From Patescibacteria group bacterium (GTDB lineage Bacteria; Patescibacteriota; Microgenomatia; UBA8517), in the NCBI GenBank assembly GCA_038206135.1, contig JBBRBD010000004.1, positions 13,268 through 77,267 of the forward strand: a stretch of 64,000 nucleotides of DNA, written 5' to 3'. The position numbers and the translations under genes are program-made. Below, piece after piece: positions 38,979 through 48,586 of this stretch. Under the pieces are notes generated by a model that saw only the letters and a program-made list of their open reading frames with translations, ran no database searches and was not told the DNA's origin. Within the stretch, counting starts at the first letter, position 1. Every line of letters begins with the position of its first letter.

Positions 38979-39575
38979 ATAGTCTCCAATTTTGGTGCGT
39001 CTCAAGTTTGATAGATGAGCACCAGTTCCAAGCTTTTCACCAATGTCTCGTGCGAGTGCACGAATATATGTTCCCGCACTTACTTCACATTCTACCGTTA
39101 AGATAGGTGAATCAAAGGACAACAGTTTAAGTGAATAAACGGTTATATCCCGAGGCTCCATTTCAATTTGAATTCCACGTCGAGCTTGTTCATAGGCTTT
39201 CTTTCCATTTTTCTTAATCGCCGAATAAATTGGAGGAATCTGTGACTGCTTACCTAGAAATGTGTCTAGTATTGTAAGTACTTCTTTCTCACTCATACTT
39301 CTTACGTCTTTTTCCTCAATGACTTTTCCTTCACTGTCATCTGTATCAGTCTTTGTGCCCAGTTTTATTTCACCGATATATGTTTTTGTGGTGTTTGTAG
39401 TAATTAATCCTAAGGTTTTAGTGGTTTCACGCCCAACAGCGACAATTAATAAGCCTGTTGCATTAGGGTCAAGAGTCCCGGCATGGCCTACCCGACGCTC
39501 ATTGAATATTCTTCTTACACGACCCACCACATCATGTGAAGTAATGCCTTTTGGCTTGTCTATTAAAAGAAGCAT
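38931..39575 (-). CDS. truB: tRNA pseudouridine(55) synthase
   Basis: LLIDKPKGITSHDVVGRVRRIF...GHAGTLDPNATGLLIVAVG (catalytic Asp in GTLDP). Confidence 0.85.
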   Translation of the reverse strand: MLLLIDKPKGITSHDVVGRVRRIFNERRVGHAGTLDPNATGLLIVAVGRETTKTLGLITTNTTKTYIGEIKLGTKTDTDDSEGKVIEEKDVRSMSEKEVLTILDTFLGKQSQIPPIYSAIKKNGKKAYEQARRGIQIEMEPRDITVYSLKLLSFDSPILTVECEVSAGTYIRALARDIGEKLGTGAHLSNLRRTKIGDYSIENAVKLEELRKEE

Positions 39576-39584
39576 GAACGTATT

Positions 39585-40211
39585 TTACGCTTTTAAATAC
39601 GAAAGCGCTTTTTGAAGATTCTCATCCACTTGTTTCCAGTTTACAATATTCCAAAAAGCGTCAATATAATCTGCACGTTTATTTTGGTATTTGAGATAAT
39701 ATGCATGTTCCCATACATCTAGTCCTAAAATGGCGTCTTTCTTGTCATTCCAAGGGGTGTCTTGACGCCCAGTTGAAACAATTTCTAAGGTGTCGATCCC
39801 AGTCAAAACAACCCAAGCCCACCCACTGCCAAAACATGCCAAAGAAACTTCTTTGAATTTTGTTTTAAATTCATCCATACTGCCAAAATTCTTCTCAAGA
39901 ATAGCTTGTAATGTAGTAGTTGGCATTCCACTTTCTGAAGCTGGAGATAGTAGTTTCCAGAAAAAAGTATGGTTCGCATGTCCTCCCCCATTATTTCGGA
40001 CCTTCGTGCGAATTTCTTCTGGAAGCGTATCCAAGTCAGAAAGTAAATTCCAAAGTTCTTTTTGCTGGAGTTCGGTGTTTTCTGCAAGTGCTTTGTTTAA
40101 GTTATCCACGTAACCTGCATGATGCTTGTCATGATGAATAGTCATTGTTTGTGCATCAATATAAGGCTCAAAAGCACTCACCTCAAAATTAAGTTTTTGT
40201 AATTCAAACAT
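39585..40211 (-). CDS. sodA: Fe/Mn superoxide dismutase
   Basis: HHDKHHAGYV metal ligands, C-terminal DVWEHAYYL signature. Confidence 0.9.
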   Translation of the reverse strand: MFELQKLNFEVSAFEPYIDAQTMTIHHDKHHAGYVDNLNKALAENTELQQKELWNLLSDLDTLPEEIRTKVRNNGGGHANHTFFWKLLSPASESGMPTTTLQAILEKNFGSMDEFKTKFKEVSLACFGSGWAWVVLTGIDTLEIVSTGRQDTPWNDKKDAILGLDVWEHAYYLKYQNKRADYIDAFWNIVNWKQVDENLQKALSYLKA

Positions 40212-40215
40212 TTAG

Positions 40216-40464
40216 TTATCTTTTTGCCCAACGAGACGCTGCACTTCCTGGGACAATAGGCTTGATTGGTTGTGTTTGCTGTTCAGAATCTTTTTTAATT
40301 TGAGCATCACGAGCTCGAATTTGAGCTTGCAACACTTCATTTGACCTTCTCTGAGCTTCACTCATCTGTCCTGATTCAGCAGCAAACTGTTCACCTCCAC
40401 GATTTAAAAAATCCTTATCTGGTTGGTATCCACCTCCGTTTTCCATCTTATTCACTAATTTCAC
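40216..40464 (-). CDS. hypothetical small Gln/Arg-rich protein
   Basis: 82 aa. Low complexity, no motif. Confidence 0.3.
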   Translation of the reverse strand: MKLVNKMENGGGYQPDKDFLNRGGEQFAAESGQMSEAQRRSNEVLQAQIRARDAQIKKDSEQQTQPIKPIVPGSAASRWAKR

Positions 40465-40515
40465 CTCCCATAAAAAGATTTTACACTATCAATTCTCATT
40501 TGTGTAGCATGTGTC

Positions 40516-41529
40516 TTGTATAATGAATATATGCAGCGAATTATTTTTTTTGCCCTTTGTTTTCTTGTTCTTCTTTTGTTGCCTACAAAAACCATGGCAC
40601 AAGATTTGGTGCCACTTCCAAATAACCACTTTGGTATTCACATCTTAGACGAAAGTGATTTGACTGACGCTGCAAAACTAGTAAACAGCAATGGGGGGAA
40701 GTGGGGTTATGTAACTATTGTGATTCGAGAAGATGAAATGAATGTTGATCGATGGACACGAGCTTTTAATCAAATGAAGGAGCTACAAGTCATTCCCATC
40801 GTTCGTATCGCAACATTGCAAAAGGATGGTACTTGGGTTAAGCCAGATATAAATGATGCTGAAAAATGGGCAACATTTTTAGGATCACTTCCATGGCCAA
40901 CAAAAGCTCGATATATCGTTTTATTTAATGAACCAAACCATGCCGGCGAATGGGGTGGTTCAATTCAACCAGATGAATATGCAAAGATTTCTAGAAGATA
41001 TTGGGAAGAACTGAAGAAAAATTCCTTTAATTTCTTTGTCCTTCCCGCAGGGATGGATGCAGCTGCATCAGACACACGCGACACTCTAAACTCACAGGAG
41101 TTTTTCGATAAGATGGAACAGGCTGATCCACTTATTTTTACACTTTTTGATGGTTGGACCAGCCATAGTTATCCAAATCCAGGGTTCTCTGGTAAGCCTT
41201 CTGAAAACGGGAAGATGTCTGTAAGGGGGTTCGAGTGGGAAGTGAATTATCTTGCAAAGTATCACTTACCTACAAATTCTCCCGTTTTCATTACAGAAAC
41301 TGGCTGGAGAAATAATGGTCACGATCAAGAGATGATTGCCCAAAATTACAAACAAGCCTTTACAGAAGCTTGGAACAATCCAAATGTGATTGCAGTCACT
41401 CCATTCTTACTACGATACGACGCGAAGCCATTTAATTCATTCTCTTGGAAAATACCTGGAACAAACCAATATTATCCTTATTATTCACAGGTGCTGGGAA
41501 TATCAAAAGTTGCAGGAGAACCAAGTTAA
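40516..41529 (+). CDS. secreted clan GH-A (GH5-like TIM-barrel) glycoside hydrolase
   Basis: Signal peptide. Acid/base motif VLFNEPNHAGEW (NEP) and nucleophile motif FITETGW (TE.G) with the appropriate spacing. Confidence 0.5.
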   Translation: MYNEYMQRIIFFALCFLVLLLLPTKTMAQDLVPLPNNHFGIHILDESDLTDAAKLVNSNGGKWGYVTIVIREDEMNVDRWTRAFNQMKELQVIPIVRIATLQKDGTWVKPDINDAEKWATFLGSLPWPTKARYIVLFNEPNHAGEWGGSIQPDEYAKISRRYWEELKKNSFNFFVLPAGMDAAASDTRDTLNSQEFFDKMEQADPLIFTLFDGWTSHSYPNPGFSGKPSENGKMSVRGFEWEVNYLAKYHLPTNSPVFITETGWRNNGHDQEMIAQNYKQAFTEAWNNPNVIAVTPFLLRYDAKPFNSFSWKIPGTNQYYPYYSQVLGISKVAGEPS

Positions 41530-41652
41530 GGTTTCTTACAGCCACAGTCTTCATATCTAATAATCAATCCGAGTAATCTTGTGTGAATCTATAATTTGTA
41601 ATAATTATATAAATTGCGGGTTTCAATATTTGAAGTAACTAACAAATTTGCT

Positions 41653-42402
41653 TTAGTAATTCGTGAAGTATTTAATCGAAGCGTCTTTCTTTACGCCATC
41701 AAGCCATGTTTGAAAGGCTGCACTCAGTTTTTGCTGCATAAGTTGATCTTTTACCGTTGCATTCAAAACATCACCAGTTTGATCTTTTGGTAGCGTCGCT
41801 TTGTTTGTCTTAATATAGTCAGCAATTTCTTGATCAGTTGGAGTTACTTTGTCTGCCAAAAGTTTTTCAACAATTTTTTGAGTCTTAACTTGCTTTTTAA
41901 GATCATCTTGAGTCATACCTTGCATTGTAAGAAGCGTATTTAGATCTTGTCCTTGTGTTTTTACACTATCCGAAATTTTTGTTATTTCTTTATTCAATTC
42001 ATCATCACTTACATTGACGTTTTGTTTCTTTGCTTCCTGGTTAATAAGAATTTCAGTAACTAAAGAATCCAATTCTTGTTTTCCGCCACGCTTTTCAAGT
42101 TCAGAAATAACTGTAGGGCGATAAATAAACTCTCCATTTACAGAAGCTGCCAATAGAAGACCTCTTGAGACGTATAAAATTACTCCAATGGCGATAAGTG
42201 CAACAAGAAGGGACACTTTGCGTTTTGTGCTCATTTTTTTAACTGACGAAGTATCGATCATTGTTTCTTCAACAATAACATCGTTCATCATCATTTCATT
42301 TTTTGGCTTTGAAGTTTTTATTTTTGAAACTGCCTTTACACTTTTGGATTTTCTGGTTGTCGTTTTCTTTGCGGCTGCCATAATTGGGAGTATACAAGGC
42401 AT
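41653..42402 (-). CDS. membrane-anchored SurA-N/PrsA-like chaperone-domain protein (no PPIase domain)
   Basis: Basic N-terminus, TM (VSLLVALIAIGVILYV), then SurA_N-like VNGEFIYRPTVISELEKRGGKQELDSLVTEILINQEA. Confidence 0.4.
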   Translation of the reverse strand: MPCILPIMAAAKKTTTRKSKSVKAVSKIKTSKPKNEMMMNDVIVEETMIDTSSVKKMSTKRKVSLLVALIAIGVILYVSRGLLLAASVNGEFIYRPTVISELEKRGGKQELDSLVTEILINQEAKKQNVNVSDDELNKEITKISDSVKTQGQDLNTLLTMQGMTQDDLKKQVKTQKIVEKLLADKVTPTDQEIADYIKTNKATLPKDQTGDVLNATVKDQLMQQKLSAAFQTWLDGVKKDASIKYFTNY

Positions 42403-42430
42403 GCATATCTAAAGACAAGCCTCAAAATAT

Positions 42431-43135
42431 ATGACAGAAAAGTGGCAATCTGCAACACTAGTTAAGAACACACAAATATCTCGAGATATTCATACGTTAT
42501 TTTTTAGAGTTAAACGACAAAAACCCCATATTGCTGGACAGTTTTATATATTGAAAATCAGACATAATAATCGCGATATTTCTAGGGAATACTCTATTGC
42601 AAATGTGCCAAGTGACAAGTCATTGCTAGAATTTGGAATACAAAAAATACCGAATGGAATAGTTTCGAATGTTCTTTGTGATCTTGAGATCGGAGCGAAA
42701 ATATTTCTTAAAGGACCAGTTGGTATTTATTTCAACTGGAATGAAAAATATTTAGGATCTATTGTTTTGATATCTGGAGGGGCTGGTATTGTTCCGTACA
42801 TGAGTATGATTCGAATGAGAACAAGAAACAGAGTGACGCTTATTTCAAGTTTTAAAACAATTGCAGATTTTGCGTATAAAAACGAATTAGAAAATGAAAT
42901 GCTTATCAATAAAAAATTTTCATTCACAACAACCTTAACTAGGGATACTAGTAATATCTGGAATGGACGAAAGGGCAGAATAAATAATGACTACTTACAA
43001 TCGATTATTTTAAATAAACAAAGTGAAATTCAATTTTTTGTTTGTGGACGAAGTGAATTTGTGGAAGACATGTACAAGATTCTCATATCACTTCAAGTAC
43101 CTAATGAGAACATTCAACGCGAACGTTTTGGTTGA
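42431..43135 (+). CDS. ferredoxin-NADP reductase-like FAD/NAD(P)-binding oxidoreductase
   Basis: FAD-binding R.YS motif (SREYSIANVP) and NAD-binding GGAGIVPYMSMIR. Confidence 0.55.
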   Translation: MTEKWQSATLVKNTQISRDIHTLFFRVKRQKPHIAGQFYILKIRHNNRDISREYSIANVPSDKSLLEFGIQKIPNGIVSNVLCDLEIGAKIFLKGPVGIYFNWNEKYLGSIVLISGGAGIVPYMSMIRMRTRNRVTLISSFKTIADFAYKNELENEMLINKKFSFTTTLTRDTSNIWNGRKGRINNDYLQSIILNKQSEIQFFVCGRSEFVEDMYKILISLQVPNENIQRERFG

Positions 43136-43386
43136 GTTTTATTTCCCCATCTCCAAGTAGGAACTTCGCCAAATCGATAACAAATTGAAATAAGAACAGA
43201 AACACCTATTGTCGTCAAGAAAAGAAAAGTAGTAATTCCAGCTCTCGAATCAAAAGATTTTCCAATGAGACTTGCAATAGCCACCTCATAAAAAATAAAC
43301 ATAAGTAATATAATCCAACCCTGCCATGAAGAAGGTGTCCAACCCCATCCATAAGTTTTGGACGCAAACCAAAATTTTTTATTCAT
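43114..43386 (-). CDS. small membrane protein
   Basis: 90 aa, 2 TM, Trp-rich. Confidence 0.3.
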   Translation of the reverse strand: MNKKFWFASKTYGWGWTPSSWQGWIILLMFIFYEVAIASLIGKSFDSRAGITTFLFLTTIGVSVLISICYRFGEVPTWRWGNKTQPKRSR

Positions 43387-43411
43387 ACTTGAAATTATAC
43401 ACCTAAAAAAA

Positions 43412-43636
43412 CTATTTTTTACGATTCTTACTTTTTGAAGCTTTGCGTGGTTTGGAAGCCTTTTTAGAAACCATTTTTTGAGTTTTACCTCCAGTAATCA
43501 TATGTTCAGAATATCCCCATACTAAGCCAATAATTGTTCCTACAACCAAATAAAAAAGAAGGGAACCGGTTAATACTCCAAAGAGAAGACCAAGTGATGT
43601 TGGCAATGCAAATTTATATTCTTTTCTAATATCCAT
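43412..43636 (-). CDS. small membrane protein with lysine-rich C-terminal tail
   Basis: 74 aa, 2 TM, tail KKASKPRKASKSKNRKK. Confidence 0.3.
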   Translation of the reverse strand: MDIRKEYKFALPTSLGLLFGVLTGSLLFYLVVGTIIGLVWGYSEHMITGGKTQKMVSKKASKPRKASKSKNRKK

Positions 43637-43639
43637 ATA

Positions 43640-44059
43640 TTAATGTAGCGCAATTATTAGAGCCAATGCAAGAGCCAATATCACCAGTATTTTCCACGCA
43701 CCATGCAAGTCACTTTTAGATAAATGCATACTATTCAATATAGTTAAAACAATGTATCCAAATAATATATATATCCACCATTGGTATGAATATTTAAATG
43801 AAAAAAATAATACAGCAGCGATAATACAAATGCCTGTAATGAGTGGTGCAATTCCGATAATAAAACGCCTTACAAAGTCTGTTCGAGCAATTTCAACATG
43901 TCCAAGTTCTACTTGTGTTTCTTCAAATTTTGGGAGCAACGAAATTCTACCTGTTGGCACGCCTAAAACTTTTGCAGCAAAATAATGTGAGAGTTCATGC
44001 AAAACAGTTCCTGGAAAGTACAAAATAGCGAGAAACAAAATTTTCTTGCGAATATTCAC
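43640..44059 (-). CDS. membrane protein with HExxH motif (putative zincin-like metallopeptidase, DUF3267-like)
   Basis: HELSHYFAAK within the first TM region, plus a second conserved His (ELGHVE). Confidence 0.35.
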   Translation of the reverse strand: MNIRKKILFLAILYFPGTVLHELSHYFAAKVLGVPTGRISLLPKFEETQVELGHVEIARTDFVRRFIIGIAPLITGICIIAAVLFFSFKYSYQWWIYILFGYIVLTILNSMHLSKSDLHGAWKILVILALALALIIALH

Positions 44060-44814
44060 CTTTTTGAAAAATATAAAGTAACAGTTGAAGTGATCGTTTG
44101 CTGACCAGATTGAAGATCAGGTGCATTTCCAGCAGCACCACCAAGTGCTCCTGACGTCATTGCTTTGTCAGCATATAGAATTGGAGGAGAAGATGGAGTA
44201 GATTCAACAATATTGGTAACAGCTCCAAGTGAGATCCCCAATGAACTTGCTAGTTTCTGTGCTTGATCTTTGGCATTCGCAATAGCCTTATCTCTAGCTT
44301 GTTCTCTATAATTCTCAGGCTTATCGACAACAAACCGAGCACTACCAACTTGTGTTGCTCCAGCGTTAGCTGCAGTTTCAATAATTCTACCAGCTAAATC
44401 TATTTTGTCAGTTTTAACAGTTACCGTAGCGTTTCCTAAAAAGCCGCTCTGCTTGCTCTTTCCGCCTTCATAGACATAATTTGGAGATACTGAATAATTT
44501 GTGGTTTTAATATTTTCCTCAGAAATTCCAAGGGACTTCATAGCCACAACTATTTTATTGTTTTGATCTGAAAGCTTTTTCTGTGCTTCATCCGCACTAT
44601 TGACGCTATCAAATGAAACACCTACATCTATATATGCGGTATCAGGCAAAACATCAATTTTCCCCTCACCAACAACTGCAAGCTCAGATGAAACTTGAGA
44701 GGTCTGAACCATTACAGGCAGCGATAGATTTAGATATTTCAAAAGCCACAATATTACAAAAACACTAAGTATTGATATAAATATATGCTTATACAAAGAA
44801 GTATTCATATGCAC
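44056..44814 (-). CDS. SIMPL/DUF541-domain secreted protein
   Basis: Signal/TM, then GEGKIDVLPDTAYIDVGVSF...AEATQVGSARFVVD pattern of the SIMPL (YggE) family. Confidence 0.65.
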   Translation of the reverse strand: MHMNTSLYKHIFISILSVFVILWLLKYLNLSLPVMVQTSQVSSELAVVGEGKIDVLPDTAYIDVGVSFDSVNSADEAQKKLSDQNNKIVVAMKSLGISEENIKTTNYSVSPNYVYEGGKSKQSGFLGNATVTVKTDKIDLAGRIIETAANAGATQVGSARFVVDKPENYREQARDKAIANAKDQAQKLASSLGISLGAVTNIVESTPSSPPILYADKAMTSGALGGAAGNAPDLQSGQQTITSTVTLYFSKR

Positions 44815-44863
44815 ATAGTAACGAGTTGATTTTCATGTTGCAAGTTTCTGCTACAATAAAGTC

Positions 44864-45181
44864 ATGGAGATTCAGATTATCGGAGATGGGCTTGAAATTG
44901 ATGAGCGTATAAAAGAACTTGTACAAGTAAAAATAACGAATGAACTTCAAAAATATCTGACTGACTTCAATGAAGACTTCCAAAAAGCAAAAGTTAGAAT
45001 CGAAAAACTGGCACACCACGGATTTAAAGCAAACTTTGATATTCTACTTCCCGGTTCAAATGGACATATATATAGCGAGGAAGAAGGGGAAGATTTAATT
45101 AATTTGTTAATCGCATTAAGAAAAGAAGTAGAAATGCAAATTAGAGATTATAAAGACAAACTTCAGTCATACAGACCATAA
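44864..45181 (+). CDS. hpf: ribosome hibernation-promoting factor / RaiA family
   Basis: MEIQIIGDGLEIDERIKELVQVKITNELQKY... matches the sigma-54-modulation/RaiA fold pattern. Confidence 0.7.
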   Translation: MEIQIIGDGLEIDERIKELVQVKITNELQKYLTDFNEDFQKAKVRIEKLAHHGFKANFDILLPGSNGHIYSEEEGEDLINLLIALRKEVEMQIRDYKDKLQSYRP

Positions 45182-45208
45182 AAAAACACTTCAAACTTCT
45201 AAAAAGTT

Positions 45209-47038
45209 TTACTTATTTGAGCGTTCAAAACGTCGTCTATCAATTTCAGTTAAATACTTTTTACGCATACGTAATGAAATTGGTGTAATTTCCAAAAGTT
45301 CATCATTCTCCAAAAAGTCGAGTGATTGCTCTAAACTCATGTGTAGAGCAGGGGTTAAATGCAAAACTCCATCACTACTTTTACTACGCATGTTTGTAAG
45401 TTTCTTACCTTTGCAAATATTCATCGTAATGTCTTCTTCTTTTGCATTAAGACCAATTATCATTCCTTCGTATACTTTTGTGGCTGGTTCAACAAAGGTT
45501 GTTCCACGCCCTTGTGCATTTTCTAATCCGTATGCAAGTGCTTCTCCTGTTTGATCTGAAATAAGAACTCCTTTGCGAAGCTTTGGAAGCGGTTTTCCAA
45601 GCGGTTCAAATCCAATAAGTTGTGAGCTAAATAGAACGGTTCCTTTGGTCAGAGTAAGTAGCAAACTGCGGAGTCCAATAAGAACGCGAGTTGGTGCATG
45701 GTACACAAATTCCACCTCAACATCAGAAATAGGAGTCATATGAATCATAGTGGCATACCGTTTACCCATTTCTTGGTTAATTACCCCAGTAAATTCGGTA
45801 GGAACGATAATGTTTACTTCTTCAAGAGGCTCCTGCTTCACACCATCAACTGTTTTTACAATAACTTCTGGTTTCCCTACTTCCATTTCATAACCTTCAC
45901 GACGCAACGTTTCCAAAAGCACTGCCAAATGAAGTTCTCCCCGACCTGAGACAGTAAATTTTCCATTTCCCAATATTTCAATTCTCAAGGAGAGATTGCT
46001 TTCAAGCTCACGCTTCAATCGCTCTTCAAGCTGTCTACTTGTTGTAAATTCACCTTCTTTTCCTGAAAATGGAGATGTGTTTGGCCCTAAAAGCATGTGA
46101 AGCGTAGGATCTGAAATTGCAATTGTTGGCAAACTTTCAGTGTCAGAAGGATCTGATACAGTTTTTCCAATTTGAGCTTCTGAAACTCCTGTGAAGGTTA
46201 CGATATCTCCCGCAAAAACTTCAGGAACTTCTACACGAGTAAGTCCTTGATTTATCATAAGTTTCTCAACTTTATATACTTCAAATGGTTTATCAGTAAG
46301 AATTACTTTTTGTCCTAAAGCAAGTTTACCTTGATGAATTTTCCCAATAACAATACGTCCCAAATGAGAATCATAATCCATGGTTGTAATAACCATCTTA
46401 AAAGTACCTTCTGAACTGTTTTTTGGAGCTGGAACTTCTTTTACGATGGTTTCCAAAAGAGGAGTAACATCTCCAGGTTCATCAATTGAAGCAGGCATGT
46501 TATAGAAAGTAACACCACGACGACCGATTGCGTAAACAACTGGGAATTCAAGTTGTGCTTCATTTGCAGCAAGTTCCAAAAATAGTGTTTCAATTCTGTC
46601 TTTCACTTCTGGGACGCGCGCGTATGGCTTATCAATTTTGTTTATAACAACAATTACCTTAAGTCCCAAGGCGAGAGCCTTTTTCAAAACAAACCGAGTC
46701 TGAGGCATTGGCCCTTCTTGTGCATCAACAATCAAAAGAACACCATCTGCCATACCAAGTGTTCGTTCAACTTCTCCAGAAAAATCAGCGTGGCCAGGAG
46801 TGTCTATTACATTAATCTTTATGTCGTGATATTTAATTGCACAATTTTTAGCCAAAATGGTAATTCCTCGTTCACGTTCCAAATCATTACTATCAAGAAT
46901 AGTAGTTTGTTGCATTTCTGCTTGGTTATCGCGGAATGTGTGAGTTTGTTTCAAAAGTGCGTCAACAAGTGTAGTTTTTCCATGATCGACGTGAGCAATA
47001 ACTGCAATATTTCGGATTTTTTCGTTATTATTTTCCAT
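45209..47038 (-). CDS. typA: translational GTPase TypA/BipA
   Basis: [23 protein letters not shown]1, DTPGHADF G3, NKIDK G4, and the BipA C-terminal domain. Confidence 0.95.
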   Translation of the reverse strand: MENNNEKIRNIAVIAHVDHGKTTLVDALLKQTHTFRDNQAEMQQTTILDSNDLERERGITILAKNCAIKYHDIKINVIDTPGHADFSGEVERTLGMADGVLLIVDAQEGPMPQTRFVLKKALALGLKVIVVINKIDKPYARVPEVKDRIETLFLELAANEAQLEFPVVYAIGRRGVTFYNMPASIDEPGDVTPLLETIVKEVPAPKNSSEGTFKMVITTMDYDSHLGRIVIGKIHQGKLALGQKVILTDKPFEVYKVEKLMINQGLTRVEVPEVFAGDIVTFTGVSEAQIGKTVSDPSDTESLPTIAISDPTLHMLLGPNTSPFSGKEGEFTTSRQLEERLKRELESNLSLRIEILGNGKFTVSGRGELHLAVLLETLRREGYEMEVGKPEVIVKTVDGVKQEPLEEVNIIVPTEFTGVINQEMGKRYATMIHMTPISDVEVEFVYHAPTRVLIGLRSLLLTLTKGTVLFSSQLIGFEPLGKPLPKLRKGVLISDQTGEALAYGLENAQGRGTTFVEPATKVYEGMIIGLNAKEEDITMNICKGKKLTNMRSKSSDGVLHLTPALHMSLEQSLDFLENDELLEITPISLRMRKKYLTEIDRRRFERSNK

Positions 47039-47180
47039 GTGTGTATAGTTTTTGTATTTTTTTCGTCAGAACTTCCCTCCCAATGAACTCAAAATGCTTT
47101 TACTGCAAAAGAAGTAAGAACAGTTTAACGAATGAATGTAGTATATCATACTCAAACTTGATAAACTATGAGTATAGTAA

Positions 47181-47588
47181 TTGGGTTTGGAGGGAACAAT
47201 GCGTTCTATTATTCTTCCTGTTGTTTTGGCATTACTGCTTGGTCTAGTTAGTACAAATACTGAAAGTGTAAGACTTGTCGCCGTAATTACGCAAGATACT
47301 TTACCACAGAAGTATCTAAGTGAAGCTGTCAGCATTTTTCTTATACAAATTGATGAAAAAGGGCAGTGCTCGGTAAATTACGCTTACTTTTTCCCAGATA
47401 CACTTTCAGTGAAAGCTGGAGTTTCGCTGCTCTTTGACGGACCTTCTACTAGCAGATACACAAACTGGTTTGTAGTTACCACAAAAGATCCTCGAGCAAA
47501 CCGTGAAATTCAAACTGATCCGCCAGAAGTAGTTTTTAATGCAGTGCTAAACGAAAATTCTCATTGCATATCAATAGGAATTGGATAA
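47181..47588 (+). CDS. hypothetical secreted protein
   Basis: 135 aa with signal peptide (MRSIILPVVLALLLGLVST). Terminator immediately downstream. Confidence 0.35.
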   Translation: MGLEGTMRSIILPVVLALLLGLVSTNTESVRLVAVITQDTLPQKYLSEAVSIFLIQIDEKGQCSVNYAYFFPDTLSVKAGVSLLFDGPSTSRYTNWFVVTTKDPRANREIQTDPPEVVFNAVLNENSHCISIGIG

Positions 47589-47594
47589 GTGTCT

Positions 47595-47619
47595 AAGTGC
47601 GGGTCTCCCGCACTTTTTT
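47595..47619 (+). terminator. Rho-independent terminator
   Basis: AAGTGCGGGtctCCCGCACTT followed by TTTTT. Confidence 0.55.
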
Positions 47620-47644
47620 GTGGTCAAAAATATTATTAAAGACC

Positions 47645-47665
47645 AAAAACTCGCCCGAAGGCGAG
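47645..47665 (-). terminator. Rho-independent terminator for the minus-strand Met/Pro-rich gene
   Basis: CTCGCCttcgGGCGAG. On the minus strand it is followed by TTTTT (plus-strand aaaaa at 47645-47649). Confidence 0.5.
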
Positions 47666-47699
47666 ACTTTGGCTACGACTTTTCGTAAGTATGTGCTAA

Positions 47700-47996
47700 T
47701 TAAGCAGGTTGAGTACCATCTGCCATAGGTGTCGTTGCGGCAGGTACCGTCGGTTCTGTAGCCATTGGTACTGCAGGCATTTCTGTTGTTGCAGGTGCCA
47801 TTGGTTCAGGCATGGTTACTACTGGTTCAGTCACCATTGGTTCCGAAGCCATAGTTGTAGCAGGTTCTGTTACAGCTGAGGCAACAGGCATTGATGGCTC
47901 AGTAGGCATCATTGGGACAACTGGTGTTGTTGCATCAGCCATTGGGGCTGCTGTAACTCCAACTGGTTGTGTCATGTTTGGATCTGTAGGGTTCAT
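47700..47996 (-). CDS. Met/Pro/Thr-rich low-complexity protein (14 Met in 98 aa), TEP/MP repeat motifs
   Basis: Strong SD AAAGGAGGTGA 7 nt upstream of ATG. Dedicated terminator. Repeats ...PTEPSMP...VTEPATT...SEPMVTEPVVTMPEPMAP...ATEPTVP. Confidence 0.5.
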   Translation of the reverse strand: MNPTDPNMTQPVGVTAAPMADATTPVVPMMPTEPSMPVASAVTEPATTMASEPMVTEPVVTMPEPMAPATTEMPAVPMATEPTVPAATTPMADGTQPA

Positions 47997-48043
47997 AGTG
48001 TCGTCACCTCCTTTAAAAATTATTTAGCATAAAAATGCCAAAT

Positions 48044-48508
48044 TTATTTATTTAATTGCGTTTTTCGAATGAGTTTTGCCATGTAAACAATTTGTCGAAG
48101 TTCTCCGTCCAGTCCTTCAATTTCATTTGCACCTGTCGCCGCTTGAAATTCTCTCAAATAATAAGAAAGTCCTTCTTCAAGCTCTTGCATATCGGCTTTT
48201 AACTCAGTGAGCTTTTCAACAATTGCTTTACCCGCTGGTACCGAAAGTAATTGCTTCTTTGTTGCAGATTTTTGTTTTGTTGCTTTTTTTGCAGCTTCAT
48301 TATGTTCTCTATATACAGGGTCGTTCTCTAGATAACTCTGGAGCATTTCTTTGTGCGGTTCCATTTCTTTTTTAAGAAGTTCGACCTTTGAAATTCTGTC
48401 CTTAATAGCCGATTCAATTAATAAAAGTGATTCAAGTCGTGGTTGTACAACACCAGTCACTTTAGCGTCATCTGTGTTTGTTTGTGGCTCAACTGATAAG
48501 TCATTCAT
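48044..48508 (-). CDS. hypothetical coiled-coil protein
   Basis: 154 aa. Heptad-rich (KVELLKKEMEPHKEMLQSYLE...ELKADMQELEEGL). No enzymatic motif. Confidence 0.35.
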   Translation of the reverse strand: MNDLSVEPQTNTDDAKVTGVVQPRLESLLLIESAIKDRISKVELLKKEMEPHKEMLQSYLENDPVYREHNEAAKKATKQKSATKKQLLSVPAGKAIVEKLTELKADMQELEEGLSYYLREFQAATGANEIEGLDGELRQIVYMAKLIRKTQLNK

Positions 48509-48586
48509 ATGAATAAACTCAATGTACCTAATTCTGCTTCAAAATCCAAGAGGCAAAGCTCAGTTTCATGTTATATTGTTCTGACT

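Noticed and set aside
47140-47176. ATACTCA-N14-TGAGTAT inverted repeat upstream of ORF 47181
   Set aside because: Short 7-bp arms in AT-rich DNA and no known regulator nearby. Could be chance.
47812-48027. 71-aa Gly/Val/Thr-rich plus-strand ORF
   Set aside because: Antisense of the Met/Pro-rich gene, which has the SD and terminator. Repetitive composition mirrors the sense repeats.
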